Position numbers and translations under genes: made by a program | NCBI RefSeq assembly: GCF_009914755.1 | Contig: NC_060936.1 | Origin: the human T2T-CHM13v2.0 reference genome, Homo sapiens | Reading direction: 5' to 3' (one strand) | DNA: 64,000 bases | Notes under the pieces: model-generated | The model's database searches: none | What the model saw: the letters and a program-made list of their open reading frames with translations, nothing else | Told to the model about the DNA's origin: nothing | In this document: piece by piece, positions 1-17,640 of the stretch | How the letters are laid out: each line of letters begins with the position of its first letter | Position numbering within the stretch: the stretch's first letter is position 1

Positions 1-111
1 TGATCACTGTGCTCAGCTTCCCAAAATATATATTGCAACATTCCCCTCCTCCCTAAGCTATATCTTCAAAATATATATATTGTTTCCAATATTTGTTAGA
101 CATCAAAATTC

Positions 112-251
112 TTTTTTTTTTTTTTTTTTTTTTTAAGAAAGGGATATCACCATGTTGTCCAGGCTGGTCTTGAATTCCTGGGCCAAGTGATCCTCCTGCC
201 TAAGCTTCCCAGAGTGCTGGGATTACAGGTGGTGAGCCACCACGCCCCGCC
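112..251 (-). mobile_element. Alu left monomer (FLAM-like)
   Basis: Poly-T followed by antisense left-arm consensus. Confidence 0.8.
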
Positions 252-531
252 AACATGAAAATTTTTAAATGATTGCCAGGATACAGATCAACCTAAGGAT
301 TTCTTCACAATTAAAACAAAACCAGTCATCAAAAATAAAAATGACTTTATCCACACATTTCAGAAGCAAAGTATATTTCCACCCAATTATGTATTCCCAG
401 CCAGTGCTTCAAGAAAAATTATACAGCAGCTCTCTGAAATTGCCTGGTGAGAATGTGCTGCCATCATTCCCATTGTTGGTCAATGCAATATTTACATTTA
501 GGGAGACTGTTCAAAGGTCACAAGACAATTA

Positions 532-1259
<728 letters not shown>

Positions 1260-1349
1260 CTACCTCCTACCCCTCCAACCCCAGATAACTTTATTCTCTC
1301 TACCTGAATATGTCTGAAACTCAGGAGACAGGTCTGGGCTAGAGACAAA

Positions 1350-1600
1350 GATAATAGCTACATTCACTGAGCACTTAGAAATGTGGCGGTGTCATGCTAA
1401 TAACTTTACATGTGTTCATTTAACCCTCACTTGTTAGGAAAACTGCAGTAATATTGTTCCCATTTTATTGATGAGGTTTCTTCAGGGCAGAGGGGTTGCT
1501 TAATAGGCCCAGGGACTCAAGGGCTAGTAAGCAGTGGAGCAGGATCTAAACCCAGGGGGCCAACCCCAGAGCCCCTCCCTCTCAGCCAGTGTGCTTTATT
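1350..1600. mobile_element. MIR fragment
   Basis: MIR core cccattttattgatgagg and flanking gagcactta/catttaaccctcac motifs. Confidence 0.6.
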
Positions 1601-3652
1601 GCCCCAATTCTCAGTCATCTGCATACAAATGGGAATTGATAAGGGGATGGTCCGTTGTAACCATCCAAACCAGGACTCTTAAGGGTTTGGGGTGCTACTA
1701 ATCATTCTGGGGAAACAGGCAGAAACCAGAACTGTTTGGGGCAAATAGGGACATAGGGTTACCTCATTTCCTGACACTCTGAAAATGGGTGGACACACGA
1801 GGATAAGAATGTTGAAGAAGAGAAGAAAAGAGCCCTTCAGTGGGCCTTGAGAAAGACCTGGAAGGGAGGGAGAAATAAGAAAAAGAGAGAGAGAGAGAGA
1901 AAGACCAACATTTGGGGAACTGCCAGAGAAAGAGAAACCCTCAAAAGATACTAGGGAAAGACAGGATACAAGGGTGTCACAAATACGTGGACTTGAGGGC
2001 TGGGTTTCTCAGAGGGAGCAGTCAGTAGTGCCCCTACCCCTCATACTGTAAGAACCAAAAAGTGGCCACTGAAAGGAGCAACAGGGAAATCATCGGTGAT
2101 TTACTAACAAACATTCCTTGGCTTTGATCCAGTCAGAGCCAAATTAAAGTAAACGGAGGAGTGAGTGGGAGGTGGGGCCCAGACCCAGACCCAGTCAGTG
2201 CAAGCAAGTTTTTTTTTTTAAATGTGGCCTTGGAGTGGAGGCAAAAGATAGGACTGTCCTGGAGGTGGAGTCAAAGATGTTTCCTTTCTTTTTCAAAGCA
2301 AGAAACTAGAATGTGTTTAATGCTAAAAAGAAGGATCCAGGCCAAGGAGGGTAAAGAAAATGCAGAATGCAAATTATCCCCTCACTGGGGGATATCCGGG
2401 AGCGAAGTCCCTGAGCTGCTGAGGAAGCTTTACGCCTAAGGAGGTACCTCTCTGCCTTTGCAGGAGGGTGGGAAGCGGGGTGAGGATTTGAAGGTTTGAG
2501 GAGGGAGTCCAAACAGGGTTCTGTCTGCAGGCCTGTGTTTTCTCTGGAATCATTGTGGGAGGGCTTGCTGAGCCAAAGGATTAGAGGGGCCTACTGTCTG
2601 GCAGGCCTTGTATTATTAGGCCCCTGATGTACGAGATCTCTTTTCATTTTCACTATTATTTGACGAGGTAGGTAATATTATTCCCTTTTTACAGAAGAGG
2701 AAACTGGTTCAGAACTGTGGGCAGCCAGCCCAAGAGCACGCAGCTGTCCAGGGGCAGAGTCCATGTCTGGCTTCTTTGTCTGGAGTTGAAAGCCAGATCA
2801 CCACCTTCTGGTATCTTTCATTTGTGTTAAAGGGGTAATAGGTAGGAAGTTAGCAAATATACTTTGAATAATGATGCAAGACCATCATGTAGAGGTTTAC
2901 TATAGACTGTACATGATTGAAATCATACTTTTGTGTTTATGAAATGCTTTGATTATTTATTTTAGGGAATATTTACAAAAGGCTGTAAAACAAAAGTTTA
3001 AAAAAGTGAGGTCACTGGAATTAATGGTCCATAGTTTTATCTTTGGTTTTTACAGAAGTTACCTGCATTTCAGTTACTAAGAACCACCACTTCATTCATA
3101 AAAATGCTCTCTGCATTTCTTTCTGTAATTCATAGGCGTTGTTTATATTAGACTATTATTATGGGAAAATACACTGCTTTAAGAATTTTTAAACTTGGTA
3201 ATTTTCAGACTCAAAGTGTTTGAGATTCTTCTGCTGATAGTTTATTTAAAAAGAATTACAAATTTCAGATTGTGGCCTGGTAGGGATGATACAAATACAA
3301 ACTGAATATACCCACAGTGATTCCTTCCTCCACAAAGTAAACCTGTGATTACATGGAGCCCAGTTTGAAGATCTTTATTCTAGTTTCCGTTTTTCGCTTA
3401 TCTCGCATGATTTTAGATGTGTTTAAAGACTACCTGGATAACCAACTTAGAAATACAGGCTATATGGCGTGGTTTCATGATGCGGGGATTCACAGGGGAA
3501 TCATGGTTGTTGTTGAGGGATGTGAGCCAAATGTGCAGTAACAGCTGTCATAGCCGTAGATAGACGCAGGGCTCTCTAAATTTTTACTGAATTAATTAAT
3601 GGACTGCAGATCCGAGACCTACGTAGGAAGTGAGGTCAATGTAGGTAGGTGA

Positions 3653-4039
<387 letters not shown>

Positions 4040-5135
4040 TAGCATCTCTCAGTACTTTTCTGTATTTTTTTATTTGATCCTAAAGCCACTTTTAAAAATA
4101 GGCCTGCATTGCTTCTTCCACTTTGGTGTTGTATAGGTCACTGGATGTTAACTGACTTGCCTCAAATCAAAATATGAGTCTCTAGAGAATCCCCAGTCCA
4201 CAAGTCACTAAGTTTTCCCAAAGAAAAGTTCGAATTGTTTGCTTTTCTTTTTTCTTTCAAAACTGTATATGGCATGTAATATAATTTTTGGCAAGTTTAA
4301 ATTCACTTAGAAAACTAAGCAAATGCTGACATAGATAAATTATACAGGTGAGCTCATTAAAAATAATTCTTTATCTGTACCATCCATTCCACTAAAATTT
4401 AAGAGAATCTTGGAAAGTTCAAACTATTGGTTAGATCCCCCAAAATGCGGTTATAAGGAAATGAACCATTTATATTCCCAGTACAATATTGTATTAAGAT
4501 AGTCATATGCAAGAAACTTATAAATTAGTTACAAGTACTTCCCACAATGAATCAAAACATCCTAATTTTTAGTGACTATCTCTGTGGTTTAAAACTTTTC
4601 TACAGTATCTCTAAAGCAACTGGCTTATTTCAGTGTACCTCTTCTTGTAACTAAAGATCAAAAAGAAAAGAAAAATCAACATAATTATTACAAAACATTA
4701 ATGAAAGATAAATGTTATGTGTTTGGGTTGTGATCATTGTAAAGCAATAGTCAATGAGTTGTAATTCATAGCTTATGAAGCTATTAAAAAATTAATTATC
4801 CCCAAACAGGGAAATATAAACAAGATGCTGGAAAGTAATTTATTGTGGCAGTAGACATTATTAATACATATATCTGTGACAGCTTTAGCCTAAGCCCAAA
4901 ATTTACTTTGAAAACAGAAAAAAACATGGAACTACTTATAACTATGATTTTTAAAATTACCATGAAACTTTAAAAAAATTCTGTTTTAATTCGAAGTTGG
5001 AATCAGGTTGCAATGATTGTTCATAAACCTCCCTCCTCTGGCTTGATTCTTCCAACAGTCTCAGGTACTTAATTTACATACATCCGTTTTAGCAGCCAGC
5101 TCTTTAAGTGCCCATTTTCTTACCCCTCCTCTTGA

Positions 5136-5445
<310 letters not shown>

Positions 5446-5904
5446 AAAATTGCCTTTTCATACCTAGTCCTTGCACCCAGTGCACTATTTGGCTCTCCAT
5501 GATCTTTATTAAGTGAATGAGTGAATCGATAAAATAGCTACCAAAATGAATAAGTGTACTTATCAAATCTGCAGCAAAGAAAGATGCCTAGGCTAAAATG
5601 ATCGCTGATCTGGCCATTTTCGAATCCTTTTTTTGTTTTATTTTTTATAAATAAAAAGAGCTCTGAAAATGGATGCTATCGACATTTTTTTTAAATTAGA
5701 GAAGGTTTATGTCTCCAAATTATTCTTTTCTATTCACTCCCCTAAAAGAGTCATTTTGGTTTTGTTAAGTTTTATTTTTAATGCTTGGTCTCTTAGCTTA
5801 GGATTCTTTCCCAAAATGATAGTCTTGAGGGTGTCAGATTTCATTAATCCTGTTACAGTTACAGTGCTCCTCTTTATCAAGAACTTCATTTCCATTTCAG
5901 GTTT

Positions 5905-7663
<1,759 letters not shown>

Positions 7664-7855
7664 TCATGAAGAGGTAATGTTGGTAAAGCACCTGGGATCT
7701 AGTAGCTGTTCAATAAACATTAATTTTGTTTTAGCCAAAATATTTCACTTGCATCATCTAATTTGATCTTCATAGAACCCTGACAAACAAGCAGAACAAA
7801 TATTGTAATCTCTTCTTTATTGATGATTAACCTGGTATTTTGAAACTTCTTAAGT

Positions 7856-9635
<1,780 letters not shown>

Positions 9636-9877
9636 TTTAATAATAATAACTAATTTAGCAGCACTTCCTACTTGTTAGGCATTATTACAAACAGTTTACG
9701 TTTAATCCTCACATCAGATATATGAAGTGTACTAATAGGTGCATTTTACAGATCTGGAAAATTAAGTCATAGAAAGACTAAATAACTTGCCCAAGTTCAA
9801 AATGCTAGCAAACAGAAGAGTTAGGATTCAAACCCAGGTAGTATGATTCCAAACGCAATGCTCTTTGCTAATACTCT

Positions 9878-10442
9878 GTAGAGGGGCCGATGGATATCCT
9901 CTGCCCATCTTAGTTCTTAAGTGGGATCTTCGGGTGGGCTTGGAACCAAATTAATGCAAGACAGATTAACAGAAGAAAAGCGCGTATGTTTTATTATTTT
10001 TTTACATGTACATGGGGACCCTCATAAGAGAGTGAAGACCCCAAGAAATGGCCAAAGCAGAAAGCTTTTATACCTTTTAGACAAAGAACTACACATTTTG
10101 TGAAGAAATGACAGGACAAAGGGGTATAAGCTGGGGGTAGTAAATTCCAGGGGAGTCGCTAGGAGATAATTGGAGAGGGTGTAAAGCTAGTGGAGGATAA
10201 GGGTTTTTTCAGTAAGTTTATTTATACAGCTCCATTGCAGCATCACTTCTTAAGTCACTGGAAACAAGGGTTATCTTCTCGTGTTGGTGCAGAGAAGGCC
10301 GCTTTTTCACAGGAATTTTTATGGCTTGATAAGAAAGGGCAGATCTGGAGGCCCTTTCTGCCACCGCTGCTTCACAAGCATCTTCGCTCAAAAATATCTG
10401 TATCAGAGAGGCATATTTTGGACTTGAACTTATATCTTTCCA
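9878..10442 (-). mobile_element. MER34-family (ERV1) solo LTR, degenerate
   Basis: Shares gacagattaacagaagaaaag and ggcatattttgg blocks with the LTRs at 11525 and 48701. Confidence 0.6.
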
Positions 10443-11524
10443 AGTCTAGGGCACTTCACTCCCAGAGAAAGAATGCATTAGAGCATTCCAGAAGTAACAC
10501 TGTAGCAGAGACAGCACTAAATTATTAGATCTGCCAGCTTCCGGGACAGAACTGTATTAACAGGGGAAGGTGTATTAGGGCACAGATTACGGCCAGAGTG
10601 CTGGCCCAGGGAAGGCACATCGAGCTGGGGCAGCATGGGAGCCCTGAAAACACAATAGGAAAGGGTTTCCGTCTTCACATTTTGCACTTTGGAGACTTGA
10701 GTCTAGAGTGGGAAGGAATACTATTCCCAAAGACCCCTAGACTTTCACAGTTTATGGCCCTTACCACTTTCTACATGATAGTACAATTATCAACTAGTAT
10801 TTCTGATCTGCTTTTAGAGCGCAAGACCATATTTTACTTATTTTTATACTCCCTATGTGGAGCATATAGTAGGCACTTATTAAGTGTGAGTTGGAGAAAT
10901 AAATGAATCTAAACAAATGAACATGCTTGAGTCCCAAAGGGATTTGGAGTTTGCTTCAGTTTTGTTTTGTTTTTCTTTGTTTCAAACTCCTGGTCTCAAG
11001 CAGTCCTCCTGCCTCAGTCTTCCAAAGTGCTGGGATTACAAACATAAGCCACTGCACCCAGCCAAAACTTTTATTCTGATAGCAAAAATATTTTAATGAA
11101 AATTCTTTGTGGGGAAGATGTCAATATTTTCAACTGTTCTCTTATGAAACTTAATATTCTATCTGTTTTAATATTTTCATTTTTGTATTTATACCCATTT
11201 AAAACTACAAATAGGATATATAGCTTTTAAAACTTGAATGTGTAATTTAATAATAGCTATCCACCCACACCTATTAAAATGTTCCTACATCTATTAAAAT
11301 GTTTACTAATGCGTAAAATCTTACAAATTTCAAGCCGCACCGGATTTTCAAGGCTTTTGTGTAAGTAGATGAAGTGGATGCCATGTTCCTCCCATTTGCA
11401 ATCTGTTAGCAGTATTTAATGTTTCTACTATTTAGTCATCTGTGGATATGAGTTGTAAATGGCAACTTGAAATAATCTGAAGTTTTGAAGATGAGTTTCA
11501 CAGTTTTTAACATTGCATCCAATG

Positions 11525-11678
11525 TGTTGGAGAGAAAAAACTTTTTCTCTACTCTTTTAGCATCAGTACCTGGGGGCGTATAGATTAAACTAACAAAAGA
11601 CAGATTAACAGGAGAAAAAGCACATACTTTTATTTATTTATGTTGTGTGTGTGTTGCCAAGATACAGACCTAGAAATT

Positions 11679-11722
<44 letters not shown>

Positions 11723-12622
11723 TTTAGTTAGAGATGGGGTCTCACTTTGTGGCCCAGGCGGGAGTGAAGTAGCTGGAACACTGCTTACTGCAGCCTCAAC
11801 ATCCTGAGCCCAAGCCATCCTCCCGCCTCAGTCGTGCGCCACCATGCCCAGTTAATTTTTGTATAAAGATGGGGTTTTGCCATGTTGCCCAGGCTGGTCT
11901 CGAACTCCTGAGCTCAAGTGATCCCTTCCACCTTGGCCTTCCAAAGTGCTGGGTTTGCAGGCGTGAGCTGCCGCGCCCACCACAATTTTTGGCACGATCT
12001 TGGCTCACTGCAAGCTCCGCCTCCTGGGCTCACGCCATTCTCCTGCCTCAGTCTGTTCAGGTGTCCGCCACCACGCCCGGCTAATTTTTTGTATTTTTAG
12101 TAGAGACGGGGTTTCACCGTGGTAGCCAGAAAGGTCTCGATCTGACCTCGTGATCCGCCCGCCTTGGCCTCCCAAAGTGCTGGGATTACAGGCGTGAGCC
12201 GCCACAATTTTTAAATTAATATTTGCAGGCAGGGAGTGCACCGGAAAACAGTGAAACTCAAGGGGCTTTGGGCTTTAAGGGATGATGAATTGTGGGGAAG
12301 TGACTGGGAAATAAATGGGGGGAGCTCATGGAAGATAAGGGCTATTGTAGTAAGGTCTATTTATGAAAAATCATCTTGGTGTCCATTCCCTGTCTTCGGT
12401 GAAAAGGATGATAACCTGTCTGATTGATAAGAGTTGCTCCTCTTTCCCTGGTTGGGGGAAGGGTGTTTACCTTCCTGAAGGAAATATATGCCCTGATTCT
12501 AGGGCAGATAAGAGGAGGGCAGATAACTCTTCCTGCATCTGTCGATTTTCAGTTGCTTTCTGCTCAAAATAATCCTCATGTTAAAGTGCACATTTTGGGG
12601 TGGCATATTCCGGTTCTCTTCA
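11525..12622 (-). mobile_element. MER34-family solo LTR containing AluJ (11678-11979) and a truncated AluY (11991-12201)
   Basis: TG...CA termini, 4-bp TSD AATG (11521-24 and 12623-26), block cattttggggtggcatattc. Confidence 0.75.
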
Positions 12623-12745
12623 AATGTAAAGCAAAGAATATTACAGCTGAAATGTATTCAAATTATTTCCAGTTTTATCTTGATTTTTTTCAGTCCTATT
12701 GATGAGAAACAGCTACTTCCTTGTAAAAGAAATCTGTTTTTAGGG

Positions 12746-13064
12746 GTTTTTTTTGTTTTGTTTTTTGTTTTTGTTTGTTTTCTGAGACGGAGTTTCTCTC
12801 TTGCCCAGGCTAAAGTGCAATGGCGCGATCTCAGCTCACTGGCAACCTTTGCCTCCTGGGTCCAAGCAATTCTCCTGCCTCAGCCTCCCAAGTAGCTGGG
12901 ATTACAGGCATGCGCCACCACGCCCGGCTAATTTTGAATTTTTAGTAGAGACGGGGTTTCTCCGTGTTGGTCAGGCTGGTCTCGGACTCCCGACCTCGGG
13001 TGATCCACCCTCCTCGGCCTCCCAAAGTGCTGGGATTACAGGCGTAATCCCACCGCACCCGGCC
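12746..13064 (-). mobile_element. AluSp-like
   Basis: Alu consensus with tttctccgtgttggtcagg. Confidence 0.9.
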
Positions 13065-13751
13065 TGTTTTTATGCTCTTGAGCTAGCACAGGTACTCTTT
13101 CTTTGTGTTACCTGTTGCATTTCATTTAATTCTTTTAAAGTTATAACAAGCGATATAAGACTGTAAAGAATATTTACAAAAATAAAAGGGGAGAGAAGTC
13201 AACCATAATCCTATTCTATGAAGATATGTTTTTACATATTTCCTTTCAATGTTATCTATGCATATCTCTTTTATATAGTTTAAGTGATGGGGCATTCAGT
13301 ATGGGATGTAACTTATTCCACTTAACATTATATCACAAACATTCTCCATGTCCTTGCTTACTTGGGGTCCTCATTATCTAACAGTGGCATAGCGCTAACC
13401 AAATCCACTTAGGCTTCTGGGCTGCCTCCAGGCTCTTGGCTAGGCATTCTGCTAGCACTCTCATCCCTGGGGAGGGTGGATCATACTTGGCTCCTCCCCA
13501 CCAGGTGGAACCTGAGCCTCCAACAGCAGCCTCAGGTCATTCATAGGTCAAGCCCCAGGCCTGAACTGCCACTAGACAAGGCTTTTGGCTCCCTTCCTGC
13601 CCTCTCGCCAATCTCCCAGGTCCGGGCTTGGTGGAGCCTGTTATGCGGGCACTCCAGGTCCACTCCCTCAGGGCAGAGGCCACAGCGCCATCCCCTTCCC
13701 CATGGTCTCCCTACCCCCAACCTGCACTGGGCGCTCCGCCCAGAGGTGAGT

Positions 13752-13782
13752 CCCTCCCAGCCCTTCTCTCCTTCTGTCCTAG
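13752..13782 (+). other. 3' splice acceptor of the PCED1B terminal coding exon (exon starts 13783, 57 nt before the ATG)
   Basis: Pyrimidine tract cccttctctccttctgtcct followed by AG at 13781-13782. Confidence 0.8.
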
Positions 13783-13839
13783 CCATCCGCAGAGCCATCC
13801 TGTGCAAAGGAAGGAGCTAGGCTGTGCGCCCTGGGCGTC

Positions 13840-15138
13840 ATGATCCTTCTGCGGGCCTCCGAAGTGCGGCAGCTGCTTCACAATAAGTTCGTGGTCATCC
13901 TGGGGGACTCTGTGCATAGGGCAGTATACAAGGACCTGGTGCTTCTGCTGCAGAAGGACCGCCTGCTCACTCCCGGGCAGCTTAGAGCAAGGGGGGAGCT
14001 GAACTTCGAACAAGATGAGCTGGTGGACGGAGGCCAGCGGGGCCACATGCACAACGGCCTTAACTACCGTGAGGTCCGCGAGTTCCGCTCCGACCACCAT
14101 CTGGTACGTTTTTACTTCCTCACCCGCGTGTACTCCGATTACCTCCAGACCATCTTGAAAGAGCTGCAGTCGGGCGAGCACGCCCCCGACCTGGTCATCA
14201 TGAATTCCTGCCTCTGGGACATCTCCAGGTATGGTCCGAACTCCTGGAGAAGCTACCTGGAGAACCTGGAGAACCTGTTCCAGTGCCTGGGCCAGGTGCT
14301 GCCCGAGTCTTGCCTCCTGGTGTGGAACACGGCCATGCCTGTGGGCGAGGAAGTCACCGGGGGTTTTCTTCCGCCCAAGCTCCGGCGGCAGAAGGCCACC
14401 TTCCTGAAAAACGAAGTGGTCAAAGCCAACTTCCACAGCGCCACCGAGGCACGTAAACATAACTTCGATGTACTGGACTTGCATTTCCACTTCCGCCACG
14501 CGAGGGAGAACCTGCACTGGGACGGGGTGCACTGGAATGGACGTGTGCACCGCTGCCTCTCCCAGCTGCTGCTGGCCCACGTGGCCGACGCCTGGGGTGT
14601 GGAGCTGCCCCACCGCCACCCCGTGGGCGAGTGGATCAAGAAGAAAAAACCTGGCCCGAGAGTCGAAGGGCCGCCCCAGGCCAACAGAAATCACCCGGCC
14701 TTACCTCTGTCCCCACCCTTACCTTCCCCCACATACCGCCCCCTGCTTGGGTTCCCACCCCAGCGCTTGCCGCTGCTCCCGCTCCTGTCCCCACAGCCTC
14801 CTCCTCCCATTCTCCATCACCAGGGAATGCCCCGGTTCCCACAGGGTCCCCCAGATGCCTGTTTTTCCTCAGACCATACTTTCCAGTCGGATCAATTCTA
14901 TTGCCATTCAGATGTCCCCTCATCAGCCCATGCAGGTTTCTTCGTCGAAGACAATTTTATGGTTGGTCCTCAGCTGCCTATGCCCTTCTTCCCCACACCC
15001 CGTTATCAGCGGCCTGCCCCAGTGGTACATAGGGGTTTTGGCAGGTATCGTCCCCGTGGCCCCTATACGCCCTGGGGACAGCGGCCTCGACCTTCAAAGA
15101 GAAGGGCCCCAGCCAATCCTGAGCCAAGGCCTCAATAG
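13840..15138 (+). CDS. PCED1B: PC-esterase domain-containing protein 1B (FAM113B), 432 aa; SGNH/GDSL-like N-terminal domain plus Pro-rich C-terminal tail; intronless CDS
   Basis: [43 protein letters not shown] recognised as human PCED1B. GDS motif at aa 22-24 and DGVH at aa 228-231 (nt 14521). GC/CpG-rich coding composition. Confidence 0.97.
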   Translation: MILLRASEVRQLLHNKFVVILGDSVHRAVYKDLVLLLQKDRLLTPGQLRARGELNFEQDELVDGGQRGHMHNGLNYREVREFRSDHHLVRFYFLTRVYSDYLQTILKELQSGEHAPDLVIMNSCLWDISRYGPNSWRSYLENLENLFQCLGQVLPESCLLVWNTAMPVGEEVTGGFLPPKLRRQKATFLKNEVVKANFHSATEARKHNFDVLDLHFHFRHARENLHWDGVHWNGRVHRCLSQLLLAHVADAWGVELPHRHPVGEWIKKKKPGPRVEGPPQANRNHPALPLSPPLPSPTYRPLLGFPPQRLPLLPLLSPQPPPPILHHQGMPRFPQGPPDACFSSDHTFQSDQFYCHSDVPSSAHAGFFVEDNFMVGPQLPMPFFPTPRYQRPAPVVHRGFGRYRPRGPYTPWGQRPRPSKRRAPANPEPRPQ

Positions 15139-15405
15139 ACGGACCTAGGCCTTATTTCCTCTTTATGAACATGGATTGGACAGATCTGACACTTCCTTTC
15201 CATTGCTTGGCCTGAACAGACTGACCTTGTTAACTTAAGCCTGGAGTCCATGCCTCGTCTTCCTTTTGTTCATTGCTGTTACCAAGAAAGCCAAGGAAGA
15301 GCAGCCTGACTCATTCTTCTTGGCTGCAGCCTCTTCCCCACTTCCTGGGAGTGACCCAGCGTTATTCCTGCCTCCTCACTCCTATTCTCTTTGCCTTTGT
15401 GTAAA

Positions 15406-15460
15406 AATAAAATGGAAATAAACAAGTTGCACAGAAGTAGTTGTGGGTTTTGCATGTGTC
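15406..15460 (+). terminator. PCED1B polyadenylation region
   Basis: AATAAA at 15406-15411 and 15417-15422, then GT-rich gtagttgtgggttttgcatgtgtc, about 270 nt after the stop codon. Confidence 0.85.
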
Positions 15461-15499
15461 TATATTTAATGGATGCCTCTCCATTAAATGATTAGTTCT

Positions 15500-15963
<464 letters not shown>

Positions 15964-17044
15964 TGCCACTTCTCTGTTTTTAAGAATGTTAACATAACTA
16001 AGACTGTTTAAATGCTAGGCTCATTGTAACACTCAACTAGTGAAATGTTAACACTTAGATAAAATAGTCAAAATCAGATGTGATTAAAATTGTTCAAATA
16101 ATAGGATTTTTCATTGAATTGATTTGACTGGTTTGTAGCTCCCCAATACCACCATCCCTAAATTTGACAAGAATTAGGACATGTTGTCTTGCAAAAATAA
16201 GGTTCATGAAGTCACAAGAAATTGGTGAAATTATGTATATCTACAGAAGGAATACATTAGCAGCTTTTAATCCACTAAAAAAACAAGAGTCTTGGAGAAT
16301 GGGACCTTTATCTTATCTCTGTGTCTCAAATCTTAGCACAACGCCTGGCACTTAATAAATACTGAATAGCATTTCTGGATGAATCAACGAGTGAATGAAG
16401 AGATGGCTTATAAATAAATATTTCTGATGAGACTACAATCCAAATCTTTAGAGATACCATAAATCAACATTTAATCTTTGTAACACATCTGAAGGAATAT
16501 TCTTGAAATAGCGTGATGATGGTCTTTAAGGATTCTAGAAAGGGAGTGATGAGTCAGAATTTGCCAGAATGTCCCAGCATAGTCAGGAGAAAGAGAACCT
16601 CTCTGGTCGATGTACATGTTCTAATCCCATGGAGATTAGGGCACCAGACTATGAGATTTGGTAACATTTGCTATCAAGATGAACCAGCTGCCTTCATTCT
16701 GGCTTTATATTTCCCAATCAACACTGAACAGTGTTTAGCTGCTGATCTGAGTAAGCTGACACATGTAGTGTTTCTATTTCCATGAACAAGGCAATAAATT
16801 GGTGTTCTGATTTATAACTCTCTCCTGTGAGTTAGGTCAGTGTGTATGAATCCTTAATCTGATCATGCCTGATGAACCAAGGAGAATGAGTTCTTAGATA
16901 TACAGTGCTGAGGATCAGATGCTGAATCAATGGTGAATCCACAATATTATGGATGAAATTGCATCAGCTACTCAACAGTTCTGTTTCTCTCAGATGGGTA
17001 GGAGTGCAGGGAGACTCGAGCAGGGGAAATCTTTTCCTTCGCAG

Positions 17045-17640
17045 TTATATTAATTTCCTGTGGCTGCTGTAAAAAAACACCACAAACTTGGTGACTTAAA
17101 ATAACACACATTTATCTCCTAATTCTGGAAGTCAGAAGTCTGAAATCCATCACTCCAAAATAAAACCTTTACTATGTCTAACTGTCTAACATGATCAGGC
17201 TTCTACCTGCCCTGGCAATGTCATCTTCTGGAACTCTCTTTATTGCTCTTTATTCTTTCAACCACACAGGACTTCTTTCTGTTGATACAGCACAACAAGC
17301 TCTTTTATAACTTGGGCCTTTGCACTTGCTATTTCCTTTACCGCATTGTTCTATATCCCATACTTCCTAGGTCTTTTAATTCCTAACTCATCCTTCCATT
17401 CTCACCTTGCAAGTTCCCTCCTAAGAGGCCTTTCAGGACCATTTCTGTGATGATCTGTCATAGCACTCTTTATTTCCTTTGTATGGCTTACCTCACTCTG
17501 CAATGGCTTCAGTAGTTGCTTGTTAGCCTCCCTACTAGAATGAAAGTTCCATGAGTCTTGTTTACTCTGGACTTCCCAAGGCCTACTAGCACAGTGCCTG
17601 ATAAAGAGGTTTTCAAGTATTTATGCTTTAGTTAAATGTT
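17045..17640. mobile_element. MLT1 LTR fragment (about 17045-17150) followed by L2 fragment
   Basis: MLT1 caccacaaacttggtgacttaaaataaca..ttctggaagtcagaagtctgaaatc. L2 gggcctttgcacttgct and agcacagtgcctg motifs. Confidence 0.6.

Noticed and set aside
1643-1765. Possible hAT-Blackjack (MER81/MER94-like) relic
   Set aside because: Too degenerate to assign by eye.
11269-11310. Short tandem duplication ctattaaaatgtt (similar ones at 26575, 55319 and 62781)
   Set aside because: Ordinary slippage duplications with no further structure.
13711-14694. 327-aa minus-strand ORF
   Set aside because: It mirrors the PCED1B codons on the opposite strand, a typical shadow ORF of GC-rich coding DNA, with no recognisable domain.
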